From the sequence record DRR723986_4042: 32,330 nucleotides of DNA, one strand, 5' to 3'. Position numbers and translations under genes: made by a program. The first letter of the stretch is position 1. Every line of letters starts with the position of its first letter. Shown here in pieces: positions 8,820 to 18,208 of the stretch. The notes beneath the pieces were generated by a model that had not been told where the DNA came from, searched no databases, and saw only the letters and a list, made by a program, of their open reading frames with translations.

Positions 8820-9710
8820 ATGAAGCGAGCGACACTCGATCAGGACACATCGAACTTTGCGCTGGAACGTTCGATCGAGCGGCCCTGGTTCCGCAGCTTC
8901 ATTACCGGCCTCATCATTTTCAATGCAGCGATCCTGGGTGTCCTGACCTATCGGCATTCATTGCCAGGCGAACTGGTCATGGCGCTGGAAATGATCGATC
9001 ACGGGATCACCTATATTTTCGCGGTGGAGATCCTGCTGAAACTGGTGGTCTACCGCTTTCAGTTCTTCCGGGTCGGCTGGAACTGGTTCGACTTCATCGT
9101 CGTGGGCATTTCGCTGATCCCGGGCGGCGGCGCGTTCAGTGTGTTGCGCGCATTGCGGGTGCTGCGGGTGTTGCGCCTGCTGCACGTTGTGCCGGTGATG
9201 CGCCGGATTACCGAAGCGCTGCTCAAGGCTCTTCCGGGCATGGGCGCCATCGTTGCTGTGCTGGCATTGGTCACTTACGTCGCTGCGGTGATGGCCACCA
9301 ACATGTTCGGCAATACCGAAACCGAGGAAGTGCGCCAGCTGTTCGGCGACCTGCCGAGCTCCGCCCTGTCGCTGTTCCAGGTCATGACCATGGATGGCTG
9401 GCGATTCGAAGTGATGCAGAAAGTCATCGATGACGGCCACCCGATGGCATGGGTGTTCTTCCTGATTTTCATCTTCGTGGCGAGTTTTGCCATCCTCAAC
9501 CTGTTCATTGCTCTCGTCGTGGATTCGCTGGCCGCCGAGCAGAAAACCCTTCTGGAAGAAGGGCTTGAGGAGCTGGAGGAGGAGTTCGAGGAAGGGCGGG
9601 AAGAAGCCGACGATGCGCGCCATGAAATTCTGTCTGTTCTGAAGCAATTGCAGCAGGAAGTGGCAGATCTGAAGGCAGTCATTGCGGATCAGCACGGCCC
9701 TCGGGAGTAA
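8820..9710 (+). CDS. Bacterial voltage-gated cation channel (BacNav-like 6TM, Ion_trans)
   Basis: S3 WNWFDF, S4 LRALRVLRVLRLL, pore FQVMTMDGW, S6 ILNLFIALVV, acidic neck and C-terminal coiled coil. Confidence 0.92.
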   Translation: MKRATLDQDTSNFALERSIERPWFRSFITGLIIFNAAILGVLTYRHSLPGELVMALEMIDHGITYIFAVEILLKLVVYRFQFFRVGWNWFDFIVVGISLIPGGGAFSVLRALRVLRVLRLLHVVPVMRRITEALLKALPGMGAIVAVLALVTYVAAVMATNMFGNTETEEVRQLFGDLPSSALSLFQVMTMDGWRFEVMQKVIDDGHPMAWVFFLIFIFVASFAILNLFIALVVDSLAAEQKTLLEEGLEELEEEFEEGREEADDARHEILSVLKQLQQEVADLKAVIADQHGPRE

Positions 9711-9790
9711 AAACGCATTACGCCTGCTTCACATAACTGTCAGCAACGCGGCCTCCCAAGATCACAAAATCCTGCTATAAGGCGTCAACA

Positions 9791-10507
9791 ATGAGCCTGT
9801 GGACGCGACTTCTTGAAGGCGGCAAACGCCTTTTTGACCCCGACATCACGTATGAGGACGACCCCCGCGAGCCGGGGGAGGTTCCGTGCGCGCCGGACCC
9901 GAATGATGTGGGCTTTACCGCCGCGGTCGTTGGCCTTGGCGCCAAGCTGGCCAAGGCGGACGGCACCGTTTCCGACAAGGAGATCATGGTCTTCTCCCGC
10001 GTCTTCCGCGCGCCGCCGGAAGAGGCCGACAACGTGCGCCGGGTCTTCAACCTCGCCCGCCAGACGGTGCGCGGATATGAAGGCTATGCCCGCCGCATCG
10101 GGCGCCGCTACCATGACCGGCCCTGCCTGCTGGAAGGGGTAATGGACGGCCTGTTCCAGATCGCCGGTGCTGATGGCGTCATTACACAGGACGAGCTGAC
10201 CTATCTGCAGAATGTGTCGGAGGCATTCGGTTTCAGCGAAGCCACCTTCCGCCGGATCAAGGCCGCCCATATGGGGCCGGACCGGAACGATCCGTATCAC
10301 GTCCTGGGCGTCGCCCATGATGCCGAGTTCGATGTCATCCGTGCGGCCTATCGCCGTTTGATGGCGGATCATCACCCGGACCGGGTGATCCAGATGGGCG
10401 CGCCGCGCGAGTTCGAGGATGCCGCCCATGCCAAGGCGGCTGCGATCACAGCGGCCTATGCGCAGATCCGCACAGAGCGGGGTCTTCTGATCCGGCACGA
10501 TTCCTGA
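9791..10507 (+). CDS. DjlA-like co-chaperone (TerB-like domain plus C-terminal J domain)
   Basis: AKLAKADG, IAGADG, DPYHVLGV and HPD motif. Confidence 0.88.
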   Translation: MSLWTRLLEGGKRLFDPDITYEDDPREPGEVPCAPDPNDVGFTAAVVGLGAKLAKADGTVSDKEIMVFSRVFRAPPEEADNVRRVFNLARQTVRGYEGYARRIGRRYHDRPCLLEGVMDGLFQIAGADGVITQDELTYLQNVSEAFGFSEATFRRIKAAHMGPDRNDPYHVLGVAHDAEFDVIRAAYRRLMADHHPDRVIQMGAPREFEDAAHAKAAAITAAYAQIRTERGLLIRHDS

Positions 10508-10598
10508 GCGATAACACACGTTTCTGTGAAGCGCCGCTCGGCTTTCGTTGACGGGCGGCTATGATGCCGCCATGTTGGACGTGCAAAAGGATTTTGCC

Positions 10599-10877
10599 AT
10601 GACTCAGACAGCGCCCCATCCCGCCGGATTCGATTTTGCCGCCACCTTGCGGGCAGGCCTTGCCCTGTTTCTGCAGGTGATGATCGGGATGATGCTGGTG
10701 CTGACCGCCGGGATCGTGGCCGTGATGACTGCGATTGCGGGTGTGCTTCTGGGCACGACCGCACTGGTCATGCGTTTCGCCGGCAGTCGCCGCGCGCGCC
10801 GCCAGACAGGCGAGACCGGCAAGGAACCGATGACGCTGGAAGCCCGCCGCACACCGCGCGGCTGGACCGTCGAATAG
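10599..10877 (+). CDS. Small hypothetical membrane protein
   Basis: AAGGA RBS, long hydrophobic hairpin, basic tail ending LEARRTPRGWTVE. Confidence 0.65.
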   Translation: MTQTAPHPAGFDFAATLRAGLALFLQVMIGMMLVLTAGIVAVMTAIAGVLLGTTALVMRFAGSRRARRQTGETGKEPMTLEARRTPRGWTVE

Positions 10878-10910
10878 GTCCGCTTCCGTTCTGTCCTGCA
10901 CCGTCCGGAC

Positions 10911-10953
10911 ACGATAAAGAATACAATATACAGACGATATATACACGATATAC
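10911..10953. repeat. Four phased AC[G/A]ATA direct repeats (10911, 10923, 10934, 10945)
   Basis: Seen directly, with 12/11/11 bp spacing in an AT-rich patch. Confidence 0.75.
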
Positions 10954-10954
10954 G

Positions 10955-10982
10955 CGGCCCGTTTCAGGCGGGCCGTTTGCTT
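10955..10982 (+). terminator. Probable intrinsic terminator
   Basis: CGGCCCG...CGGGCCG stem followed by TTTGCTT. Confidence 0.55.
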
Positions 10983-10999
10983 GTGTGCGCGTGTGTCTC

Positions 11000-11028
11000 T
11001 TGACGCGAGTGCACTACAAGTGTAGCAA
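11000..11028 (+). promoter_or_regulatory. Promoter (-35 TTGACG) overlapped by BlaI/MecI/CopY operator CTACA-AG-TGTAG (11014-11025)
   Basis: Perfect TACA-NN-TGTA family consensus 30 bp upstream of a BlaI-family gene. Confidence 0.85.
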
Positions 11029-11054
11029 ATCGGCGTCAAACATAGTGAGGCGCC

Positions 11055-11441
11055 ATGTTCCAACCCAATTCCTCCGAGCTCGCGGTGCTGAAGCATCTCT
11101 GGTCTGCCGGGCCGCAGAGTGCGCGCGAAGTGCATGACGCCATCGGCCCGGGGCAGGGGTGGAAGCCTTCCACCACGCGCACCGTCATCGCCCGCATGGA
11201 AGAGAAGGGCTGGGTCACCCGGGCCGACGTGCACGGCATGGCTGTCTTTTCCGCCGCGCTGGACCGGACCGCGACGCTGGGCGGCCTTGTCCGCCATCTC
11301 GCGCGCCAGGTGCTGGACATGGACGGGCCGATCCCGGCGGCGCTGTTCGCCGAGAGCCCGCATCTCTCCGATGCCGAGCTGGACGAACTGGACGCCATCA
11401 TCAATACGGCGGAGGACGAGCAGAAAGGGCGCAAGTCATGA
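11055..11441 (+). CDS. BlaI/MecI/CopY family transcriptional repressor
   Basis: SELAVLKHLW, AREV, STTRTVIARMEEKGWV and LSDAELDEL. Confidence 0.92.
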   Translation: MFQPNSSELAVLKHLWSAGPQSAREVHDAIGPGQGWKPSTTRTVIARMEEKGWVTRADVHGMAVFSAALDRTATLGGLVRHLARQVLDMDGPIPAALFAESPHLSDAELDELDAIINTAEDEQKGRKS

Positions 11442-13339
11442 GCCCGCTCGGCCTTGTCCTGATCGCCCTTGGCTGGAGCGCCGCCGTCTGGGCCGGCGCG
11501 AGCCTGATCTGCCGCATGAAGCCGGCGCCGAAACTGGCGCAGGCAATCTGGCGCAGCGCCGCGCTGGTCATGATCGCGCCTTTTGCCGCCTCGCTCGTGC
11601 TGCCGGGCCTGCCTGTCCGGGTCGAGGCGCAGCTGGCCGAGCTGCCGCTGATGGAGCCGTTGGCCGTCGCGCCCACGGACGGGGCAGCGGCCGCCGCGCC
11701 GTCGCAGGCCTTTCAGTTGCCGGACACCGGCACGCTGATCCTTGGCGTGATCGCAGCTGGCTGGGCCGTGCGCTTCCTGCTCTGGGGTATCAGTCAGGTA
11801 CGCTTGCAGCGGCTGAAGGCCCGCGCCATGCGGACGAACCGTCCTATCGGTCACTGGGCGGAGGCGGTCGGCCTCTCCCGTACGCCGAAGGTTCATGTCA
11901 TCCCGCGCGGGGCGCCGTTCCTTGCGGGTATTCTGAAACGCTCCGTCTACGTCCCGGCGGCCCTGATCAATGGGGCAGGGGCGAGCCAGGTGATCGTGCA
12001 CGAACTCGTCCACCTGAAACGGGGCGATCTTGCCACACGGCCGCTGGAGCGCGTGATTGCGGATGTCTTCTGGTTCTCGCCTTTCGCCTGGTGGATCCGC
12101 GGCCAGCTCGATTTCTGGCGGGAGGCCGTGGTCGATGACGAAACAGTTGAGCTGACCGGCGATCGGATCGCCTATGCCCGGACCCTTACTTCTGCTGCGC
12201 GCGTGTCGCGCGATGAGGCAGTGCTGCCTGTGGCGGCATTCATCCTCCGGAAGAAAGGAACCCTGAAGATGCGTCTCAACGAATTGCTGACCGAGAAAAC
12301 CCACCCGCGCCGGCTTGGCCTTGTCTTGGCCGCGACGCTTGTCTGCGCTGCCCCGCTTGCCGTCGCCCAGGGCATGCTGATCAAGGGCGCTGCCGCCGCA
12401 CCCGGCGCGGACATCAGCTACGGCCACGCCGTACTGGACAAGGCGCGCCTGACCAGCGCGTTCGGCGTGCGCAAACATCCGATCACCGGCGAAAAGAAAA
12501 CCCATAATGGGGTCGATCTTGCCGCAGCTGAAGGCGTGCCGGTCTATGCCCCCTCTGCCGGTGTGATCACATCGGCCGCAGAGAAGGGCGCATATGGCAA
12601 TCTCGTGGAAATGCAGGCCGGCGGCGAGACCGTGCTGCGCTTCGCCCAGCTGGACTCCATGAAAGTGAGCGCAGGCGATACGGTGAAGGCGGGCGATTTG
12701 ATCGGCACACTCGGCCAGTCGGGCCAGGCCACCGGCCCGCACCTGCACTTCGAAGTCTGGCGCGGCGGTGCGGCCATCGATCCGCAGGCAGAGGAAGGCC
12801 TTGTTCTGGCGGACCGCCTGTTCATCACGTCCTCTTCCGGTGCAACAGCGCCAATGCGTCCGGTGCCGCCAGCGCTGTCGGCGGATGCGCCCAAAGCGCC
12901 CGCGCCGCCCGCCCCGCCGCAGGAGTTCATCGGAAAAACAAGCGCAGATCTGAACGCGTGTGAGGATGCCTCTAAAGCGCTTGAGGCGATACCAATGCCT
13001 GCAGCATGGACGACCCGCAAGGAGGCGTCTCGTCAGGCAAACCGGCAGACCAGTCTCTCCCTCCCGACGGACTGGACGCCAGACGTTCTGGCCTATCCGC
13101 GCCCGGTCTATCCGGCAGAGGCCGCTGCGGTATTCCGGAGCGGTGTCTGCAAAGTCATGTTTGACCTCGGAACGGACGGTCTGCCAAAGAACATGCTCGC
13201 TGAATGTTCTGATCCTGTGTTCGCCGCTTCTGCTGCTGAACTCAAAGGCGCCCGCTTCGAGCCGGCTATTGGCGTCAACGGCGAGCCGGTCGAGGTGAAG
13301 GGCGTAACTTACCCCCTGCAATACTGCATCGAAGCCTGA
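11438..13339 (+). CDS. BlaR1-like M56 metallopeptidase fused to an M23-family domain and a TonB C-terminal domain
   Basis: TM helices plus HELVH(LKRGD) at 11999 and WFSP; M23 HNGVD (12503) and TGPHLHFEV (12740); Pro-rich linker; PVYPAEA..GVCKVMFDL..G..VFAASA..RFEP resembles TonB_C. ATGA-coupled to blaI. Confidence 0.88.
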   Translation: MSPLGLVLIALGWSAAVWAGASLICRMKPAPKLAQAIWRSAALVMIAPFAASLVLPGLPVRVEAQLAELPLMEPLAVAPTDGAAAAAPSQAFQLPDTGTLILGVIAAGWAVRFLLWGISQVRLQRLKARAMRTNRPIGHWAEAVGLSRTPKVHVIPRGAPFLAGILKRSVYVPAALINGAGASQVIVHELVHLKRGDLATRPLERVIADVFWFSPFAWWIRGQLDFWREAVVDDETVELTGDRIAYARTLTSAARVSRDEAVLPVAAFILRKKGTLKMRLNELLTEKTHPRRLGLVLAATLVCAAPLAVAQGMLIKGAAAAPGADISYGHAVLDKARLTSAFGVRKHPITGEKKTHNGVDLAAAEGVPVYAPSAGVITSAAEKGAYGNLVEMQAGGETVLRFAQLDSMKVSAGDTVKAGDLIGTLGQSGQATGPHLHFEVWRGGAAIDPQAEEGLVLADRLFITSSSGATAPMRPVPPALSADAPKAPAPPAPPQEFIGKTSADLNACEDASKALEAIPMPAAWTTRKEASRQANRQTSLSLPTDWTPDVLAYPRPVYPAEAAAVFRSGVCKVMFDLGTDGLPKNMLAECSDPVFAASAAELKGARFEPAIGVNGEPVEVKGVTYPLQYCIEA

Positions 13340-13355
13340 CCTCGGGCGTCCCCTC

Positions 13356-13391
13356 AAACAAAAAAGCCCGCAGCAAGCTGCGGGCTTGTTT
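13356..13391. terminator. Bidirectional intrinsic terminator between the M56 fusion and prs
   Basis: AAGCCCGCAGC-AA-GCTGCGGGCTT flanked by A-rich and T-rich tracts. Confidence 0.9.
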
Positions 13392-13409
13392 CTGTCTTAT
13401 GGCCCGGGC

Positions 13410-14348
<939 letters not shown>

Positions 14349-14441
14349 GTCGGCTTTGACCCTGTAGCTGCCCCGGATGGCGACGCTTTTGTAACAGGGA
14401 GCCGCGAGTCGCAACCGGACTCTGCCGCTGAGCGCAAATTT

Positions 14442-15221
14442 TTACGGTTGGAGCACAATGACTGAGGCATTTCGGCCATAGTCCGGTTCACCGCGATGAT
14501 TCCGGCGCCGATTGGAAAAATAGCTGTCGTCCAGCGCGCAGGTGTCGAGGCCGAGATTGGCGATATGGCCGATGTCCATCGCGGCGAGGCTGGCGCTGCA
14601 ATAGCCGGGCAGATCGAAATGATAGCGGTCTCCCTTGCCGGAGACGAACAGGTGTTCGCTGGCGGGGGAGGCTTCCAGGAAGGTGTCACGGAATTCCGGA
14701 CCGACCTCATAGCTCGCCTGGCCGATGGTCGGGCCTATGGCGGCATGGATGCGGCCGGGCCGGGCGCCGAGTTCGGTCATCGAGGCGACGGTGGCCTCCA
14801 GCACGCCGCCGAGCGCGCCTTTCCAGCCGGCATGGGCGGCGCCGATCACGCCGGCTTCGGCATCCGCGAACAGGACCGGCGTACAGTCCGCCGTCAGGAT
14901 GCACAGGCCGAAGCCCGGCAGGGTCGTGACCATGGCGTCGGCCTGCGGGCGGTCTGTGTCCCAGGCTTCGGTGACGTGGACGACGTCGGCCGAATGGACC
15001 TGGTGGCAGGAGAGCAGGGCATCCGCGTCCATCGCCGCGCGGATGATGTCCCGGTTCTCGGCGACGGCGGCCGGATCGTCGTTCGAGCCCGGTCCGGCAT
15101 TGAGGCTGGCATAGAGCCCGGTGGAAACGCCGCCTTTGCGTCCGAAAAAGCCATGACGGACGCCCTTCAGTCCGGCAAGTCCGGGGGCCGTTTCGAAGGG
15201 GGGCTGGGCTGTGCCGGTCAT
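14442..15221 (-). CDS. pgeF: Peptidoglycan editing factor PgeF/YfiH
   Basis: HGFFGRKGGVS, HQVHS, TADCTPVL and AHAGWKG. Confidence 0.92.
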   Translation of the reverse strand: MTGTAQPPFETAPGLAGLKGVRHGFFGRKGGVSTGLYASLNAGPGSNDDPAAVAENRDIIRAAMDADALLSCHQVHSADVVHVTEAWDTDRPQADAMVTTLPGFGLCILTADCTPVLFADAEAGVIGAAHAGWKGALGGVLEATVASMTELGARPGRIHAAIGPTIGQASYEVGPEFRDTFLEASPASEHLFVSGKGDRYHFDLPGYCSASLAAMDIGHIANLGLDTCALDDSYFSNRRRNHRGEPDYGRNASVIVLQP

Positions 15222-15276
15222 CCGTCCAAGGCGTGATGTGACGCGGGGGCAATGTCAAGTTGCCGATGCGCAATCC

Positions 15277-16587
15277 CTATTGGTGATAGGCGGTCTCACC
15301 ATGGGTGGCGGAATCGAGCCCGGACTCTTCATCCTCCGGCGAAACCCGCAGCGGGATCACGGTGCGGATGGCGTAGAGCAGGCCTGCCGTGACGGCGGCT
15401 GACAGGAGCGCCACGACCGCGACGCCCAGCAGCTGGACTCCGAACTGGGCAAAGATGGGCTTCGACAGGCCGGGCGCCAGCGGTCCGAAGGCGGCCAGGA
15501 AGGGCAAGGCGAGGCTGCCGAGAATGCCGCCGACGCCGTGCACGGCGAACACGTCCAGGCTGTCGTCGATCTGCAGCTTCTGCCGGATCAGCACGACCGC
15601 GCCGTAACAGGTGATCGCACTGGCCGCGCCGATGACCAGCGCCCCTGCCGGGCCAACTGATCCGGCCGCCGGTGTGATCGTGGCGAGGCCTGCCACCATG
15701 CCGGTCGCGATGCCGACCAGTGTCGGCTTGCGGAAGCTGACCCATTCAATCGCCATCCAGACAAGCGATGCGGTGGCGGCGGAAGTGTGCGTGACCAGCA
15801 TGGCCCGGGCGGCGTCCCCGTTCGCCCCAAGGGCGGAACCGGCATTGAAGCCAAACCAGCCGACCCACAGCATGGCCGCGCCCAGCATGACGAAACCGGG
15901 GCTGTGCGGCGGATGCATGTCCTTCGGGAAGTGGGCCCGCTTGCCGATAATCAGCGCAAAGACGAGCGCGGACACGCCTGCCGTCGTGTGCACGACGATG
16001 CCGCCTGCAAAGTCGATCACGCCCATGCCGGCAAGCCAGCCGCCGCCCCAGACCCAGTGGGCTACCGGCGCATAACACAGCAGCAGCCAGAGCGCGCAGA
16101 AGACCAGCATCGCGCCGAAATTCACCCGCTCCACGAAGGCACCGACGATCAGCGCCGGGGTGATGATCGCGAAGGTCATCTGGAACATCATGAAGAGCGG
16201 TTCTGGAATGGACTGCCCGTCCAGCGGGGCGGCGGTGACGCCTGCGGCAAAGGATTTCGCAAAGCCGCCGATGATGCCGCCTGCGCCGGGCCCGAAGGCG
16301 AGGGAATATCCGCAGACCAGCCAGACAATGCTCATCAGCGCGGCGATCGCCATGCACTGCATCAGCACTGAGAGCAGGTTCTTCGCCTGGACAAGGCCGC
16401 CATAGAACAGGGCGAGGCCGGGCAGGGTCATGAACAGGACGAGCGCGGTGGCGGTGAGAATCCAGGCCGTGTCACCTGCGCTGGACCCCATGTCTGCAAA
16501 GGCCGGCGCGGAAAATGCCGCGCACAGCAGCGAAAGCACGCCGAAGCGTGCCGCAGTCGAATTGTACACCAATGTCAGCTCCCTCAC
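15277..16587 (-). CDS. amt: Ammonium transporter (Amt family); true start may be TTG 16572 or GTG 16569 behind AGGGAG
   Basis: FYGG, FQMTFAIIT, DFAGGIVVH, GWFGFNAGS and DDSLDVFAVHG (both pore His present). Confidence 0.95.
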   Translation of the reverse strand: MRELTLVYNSTAARFGVLSLLCAAFSAPAFADMGSSAGDTAWILTATALVLFMTLPGLALFYGGLVQAKNLLSVLMQCMAIAALMSIVWLVCGYSLAFGPGAGGIIGGFAKSFAAGVTAAPLDGQSIPEPLFMMFQMTFAIITPALIVGAFVERVNFGAMLVFCALWLLLCYAPVAHWVWGGGWLAGMGVIDFAGGIVVHTTAGVSALVFALIIGKRAHFPKDMHPPHSPGFVMLGAAMLWVGWFGFNAGSALGANGDAARAMLVTHTSAATASLVWMAIEWVSFRKPTLVGIATGMVAGLATITPAAGSVGPAGALVIGAASAITCYGAVVLIRQKLQIDDSLDVFAVHGVGGILGSLALPFLAAFGPLAPGLSKPIFAQFGVQLLGVAVVALLSAAVTAGLLYAIRTVIPLRVSPEDEESGLDSATHGETAYHQ

Positions 16588-16589
16588 TT

Positions 16590-16607
16590 AGTTCACGCGC
16601 GTGAACT
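16590..16607. promoter_or_regulatory. Perfect 18-bp palindrome AGTTCACGC/GCGTGAACT immediately upstream of amt
   Basis: Seen directly; function not established. Confidence 0.5.
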
Positions 16608-16698
16608 TGCCCTCCACTCGCGTCTATTGGTTTGGGAAAAACAGGCGCCGAGTGCACCGGACCGCCAAGCAAATTGGATTAACCAATCGCGAACCGGA

Positions 16699-17622
16699 TC
16701 AATTATGCTCAATAATTGGGCGGGCTGGGACCGGTAATGTACAAATATCGAGCACTTTTGGCGGAGTCTGAGGAAAGGCGGTGACCGAAGAGTAGTCGAT
16801 CTTGCTCTCTTTCAGAGCAGTCCATTCGGGGCTCGGGGTTTTCATGACTTCGAAGGCGGGGCGGTCGTCTGCCGGCATATCTGCAGCGACATGGGCCGCG
16901 ATGATCCTGTTCGGGGAAAGCTTGCCGGCGCGCGCCGCTGCGGCTTCGGCGGCTGCCACCGGGGCATCGCCGAACAGGATGTCCGTTTCCGCTTCGGTCG
17001 ACGGCGCCACGCGGGCGAGGCGGTTCACCGTGTCCATGCCGGAAATCACACGGCCGACGATGGTGTAGTTCCGGTCGAGGTAGCGGCGTGGAAGGAGCGG
17101 AATGTAGATTTCCGTGACCGCCGTGTCCGGCCCTTCATCACGGGCCATGCCGACGGCGCCGGGGCAGTTCAGCAACCATTCGCCGCCCCGCTGGTTCGCT
17201 ACTGGAAAACCCTTCCGGTGACCGACTTGCGCGGCGTAGAGATCTTCGCTGCCGAGCGGGTCGAAGCCGATAGTGCTGGCTTCGCGTTCAGCTTCCAGTG
17301 GCAGGCGCGGCATATCTTTCAGGCGCGTGTCAAATTCCCGGCCGGCCTGGGCCACATGCGTTTCGACCACGCGGTAGAAATATTCGCCGTCGAAATAGCC
17401 GGTCCGTACCGCATCGCGCAGGGCGGCGGTATTCACCGGGGCCGCCTCGGGCAGCAATTCGACAAAGATGACACCGTTCTGGCCAAGATCGAACAGGAGG
17501 AGGTTCTCCGGATCGACCGGACGCCAGGAGGATTCCTCCGGTACCGCCTCAGGCGCCGTTTCTGCGGAGGCGCTCTGACAGGCGGCGATCAGGGCAAGGG
17601 CGGGGATCAGGCGTTTCAGCAT
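16699..17622 (-). CDS. Cyclophilin-type peptidyl-prolyl isomerase, predicted lipoprotein
   Basis: Lipobox IAAC, FYRVV..VAQAG, GAVGMAR and YLDRNYTIVGRV. Confidence 0.82.
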   Translation of the reverse strand: MLKRLIPALALIAACQSASAETAPEAVPEESSWRPVDPENLLLFDLGQNGVIFVELLPEAAPVNTAALRDAVRTGYFDGEYFYRVVETHVAQAGREFDTRLKDMPRLPLEAEREASTIGFDPLGSEDLYAAQVGHRKGFPVANQRGGEWLLNCPGAVGMARDEGPDTAVTEIYIPLLPRRYLDRNYTIVGRVISGMDTVNRLARVAPSTEAETDILFGDAPVAAAEAAAARAGKLSPNRIIAAHVAADMPADDRPAFEVMKTPSPEWTALKESKIDYSSVTAFPQTPPKVLDICTLPVPARPIIEHN

Positions 17623-17707
17623 GGCCTGAGTGTGGGCGGGGAAGGGGGCCGGAGGCAAGCGAATATGAAGAGACAGATTAGTTATTCCGGTAGAATTGCC
17701 GGATAGG

Positions 17708-18208
17708 ATGACCCGCATGCTACGCGCCGATGTTTCCCGCCCGCCCCTCCCGAAAACGCCGATCCGTGGCGGCTGTCATTGCGGGGCCGTGCGCTATGAA
17801 ATCACGGCCCGGCCGAAAGCGGTGAACGCCTGTCATTGCGATGACTGCAAGCGGCTGTCCGGGGCGACCTTCGGCCTTTACCTGCATGTGCCGAAAGCTT
17901 CGCTGGATGTCGCGTCCGGGAGGTTCGATACGTTCCGGCGTACTGGCGGCAGTGGCCACACCATCCCGATTGAGCGGTGTACGGAGTGTGGCACCCGCAT
18001 GTGGCACCTGCCGGAGGCGGCGCCGGACCTTGTCATTCTCTGCGCCGGCACGCTGGACGATCCGTCCTGGGCCGTGCCGACCTCCCGCATCTTCATCGAG
18101 GAAGCCGCCCCTGACGCCGTGGCGGCAACCGACGCCCTGGTCACCGAAGCCTTCAACTCAACCCGCCAGGCTTTGTGGGATCACTTCGATGAGATCTACT
18201 CCACCTGA
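17708..18208 (+). CDS. GFA (CENP-V) family zinc protein
   Basis: GGCHCGAVRY, CHCDDCKR and CTECGT. Start uncertain (17708 or 17717). Confidence 0.88.
   Translation: MTRMLRADVSRPPLPKTPIRGGCHCGAVRYEITARPKAVNACHCDDCKRLSGATFGLYLHVPKASLDVASGRFDTFRRTGGSGHTIPIERCTECGTRMWHLPEAAPDLVILCAGTLDDPSWAVPTSRIFIEEAAPDAVAATDALVTEAFNSTRQALWDHFDEIYST

Noticed and set aside
10911-10953. Repeat array as a CRISPR array or plasmid iterons
   Set aside because: The units are too short, have no unique spacers, and no cas or rep gene is nearby.
11159-11437. N-terminal extension of the 726-aa ORF, suggesting a BlaI-overlapping protein or frameshift
   Set aside because: Low-complexity off-frame reading of blaI. The ATGA overlap at 11438 explains the start.
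11036-13357. 773-aa minus-strand ORF
   Set aside because: Antisense shadow of blaI and the M56 fusion, with no recognisable motifs. Long shadow ORFs are common in high-GC DNA.
16652-16668. Sigma54-like TTGGCGGTCCGGTGCA upstream of amt (minus strand)
   Set aside because: GG-to-GC spacing is 9 nt, not the required 10.
18196-18208. 13-bp convergent overlap between the GFA and acyl-CoA ligase genes
   Set aside because: Short tail-to-tail overlaps are common and there is no further evidence of function.
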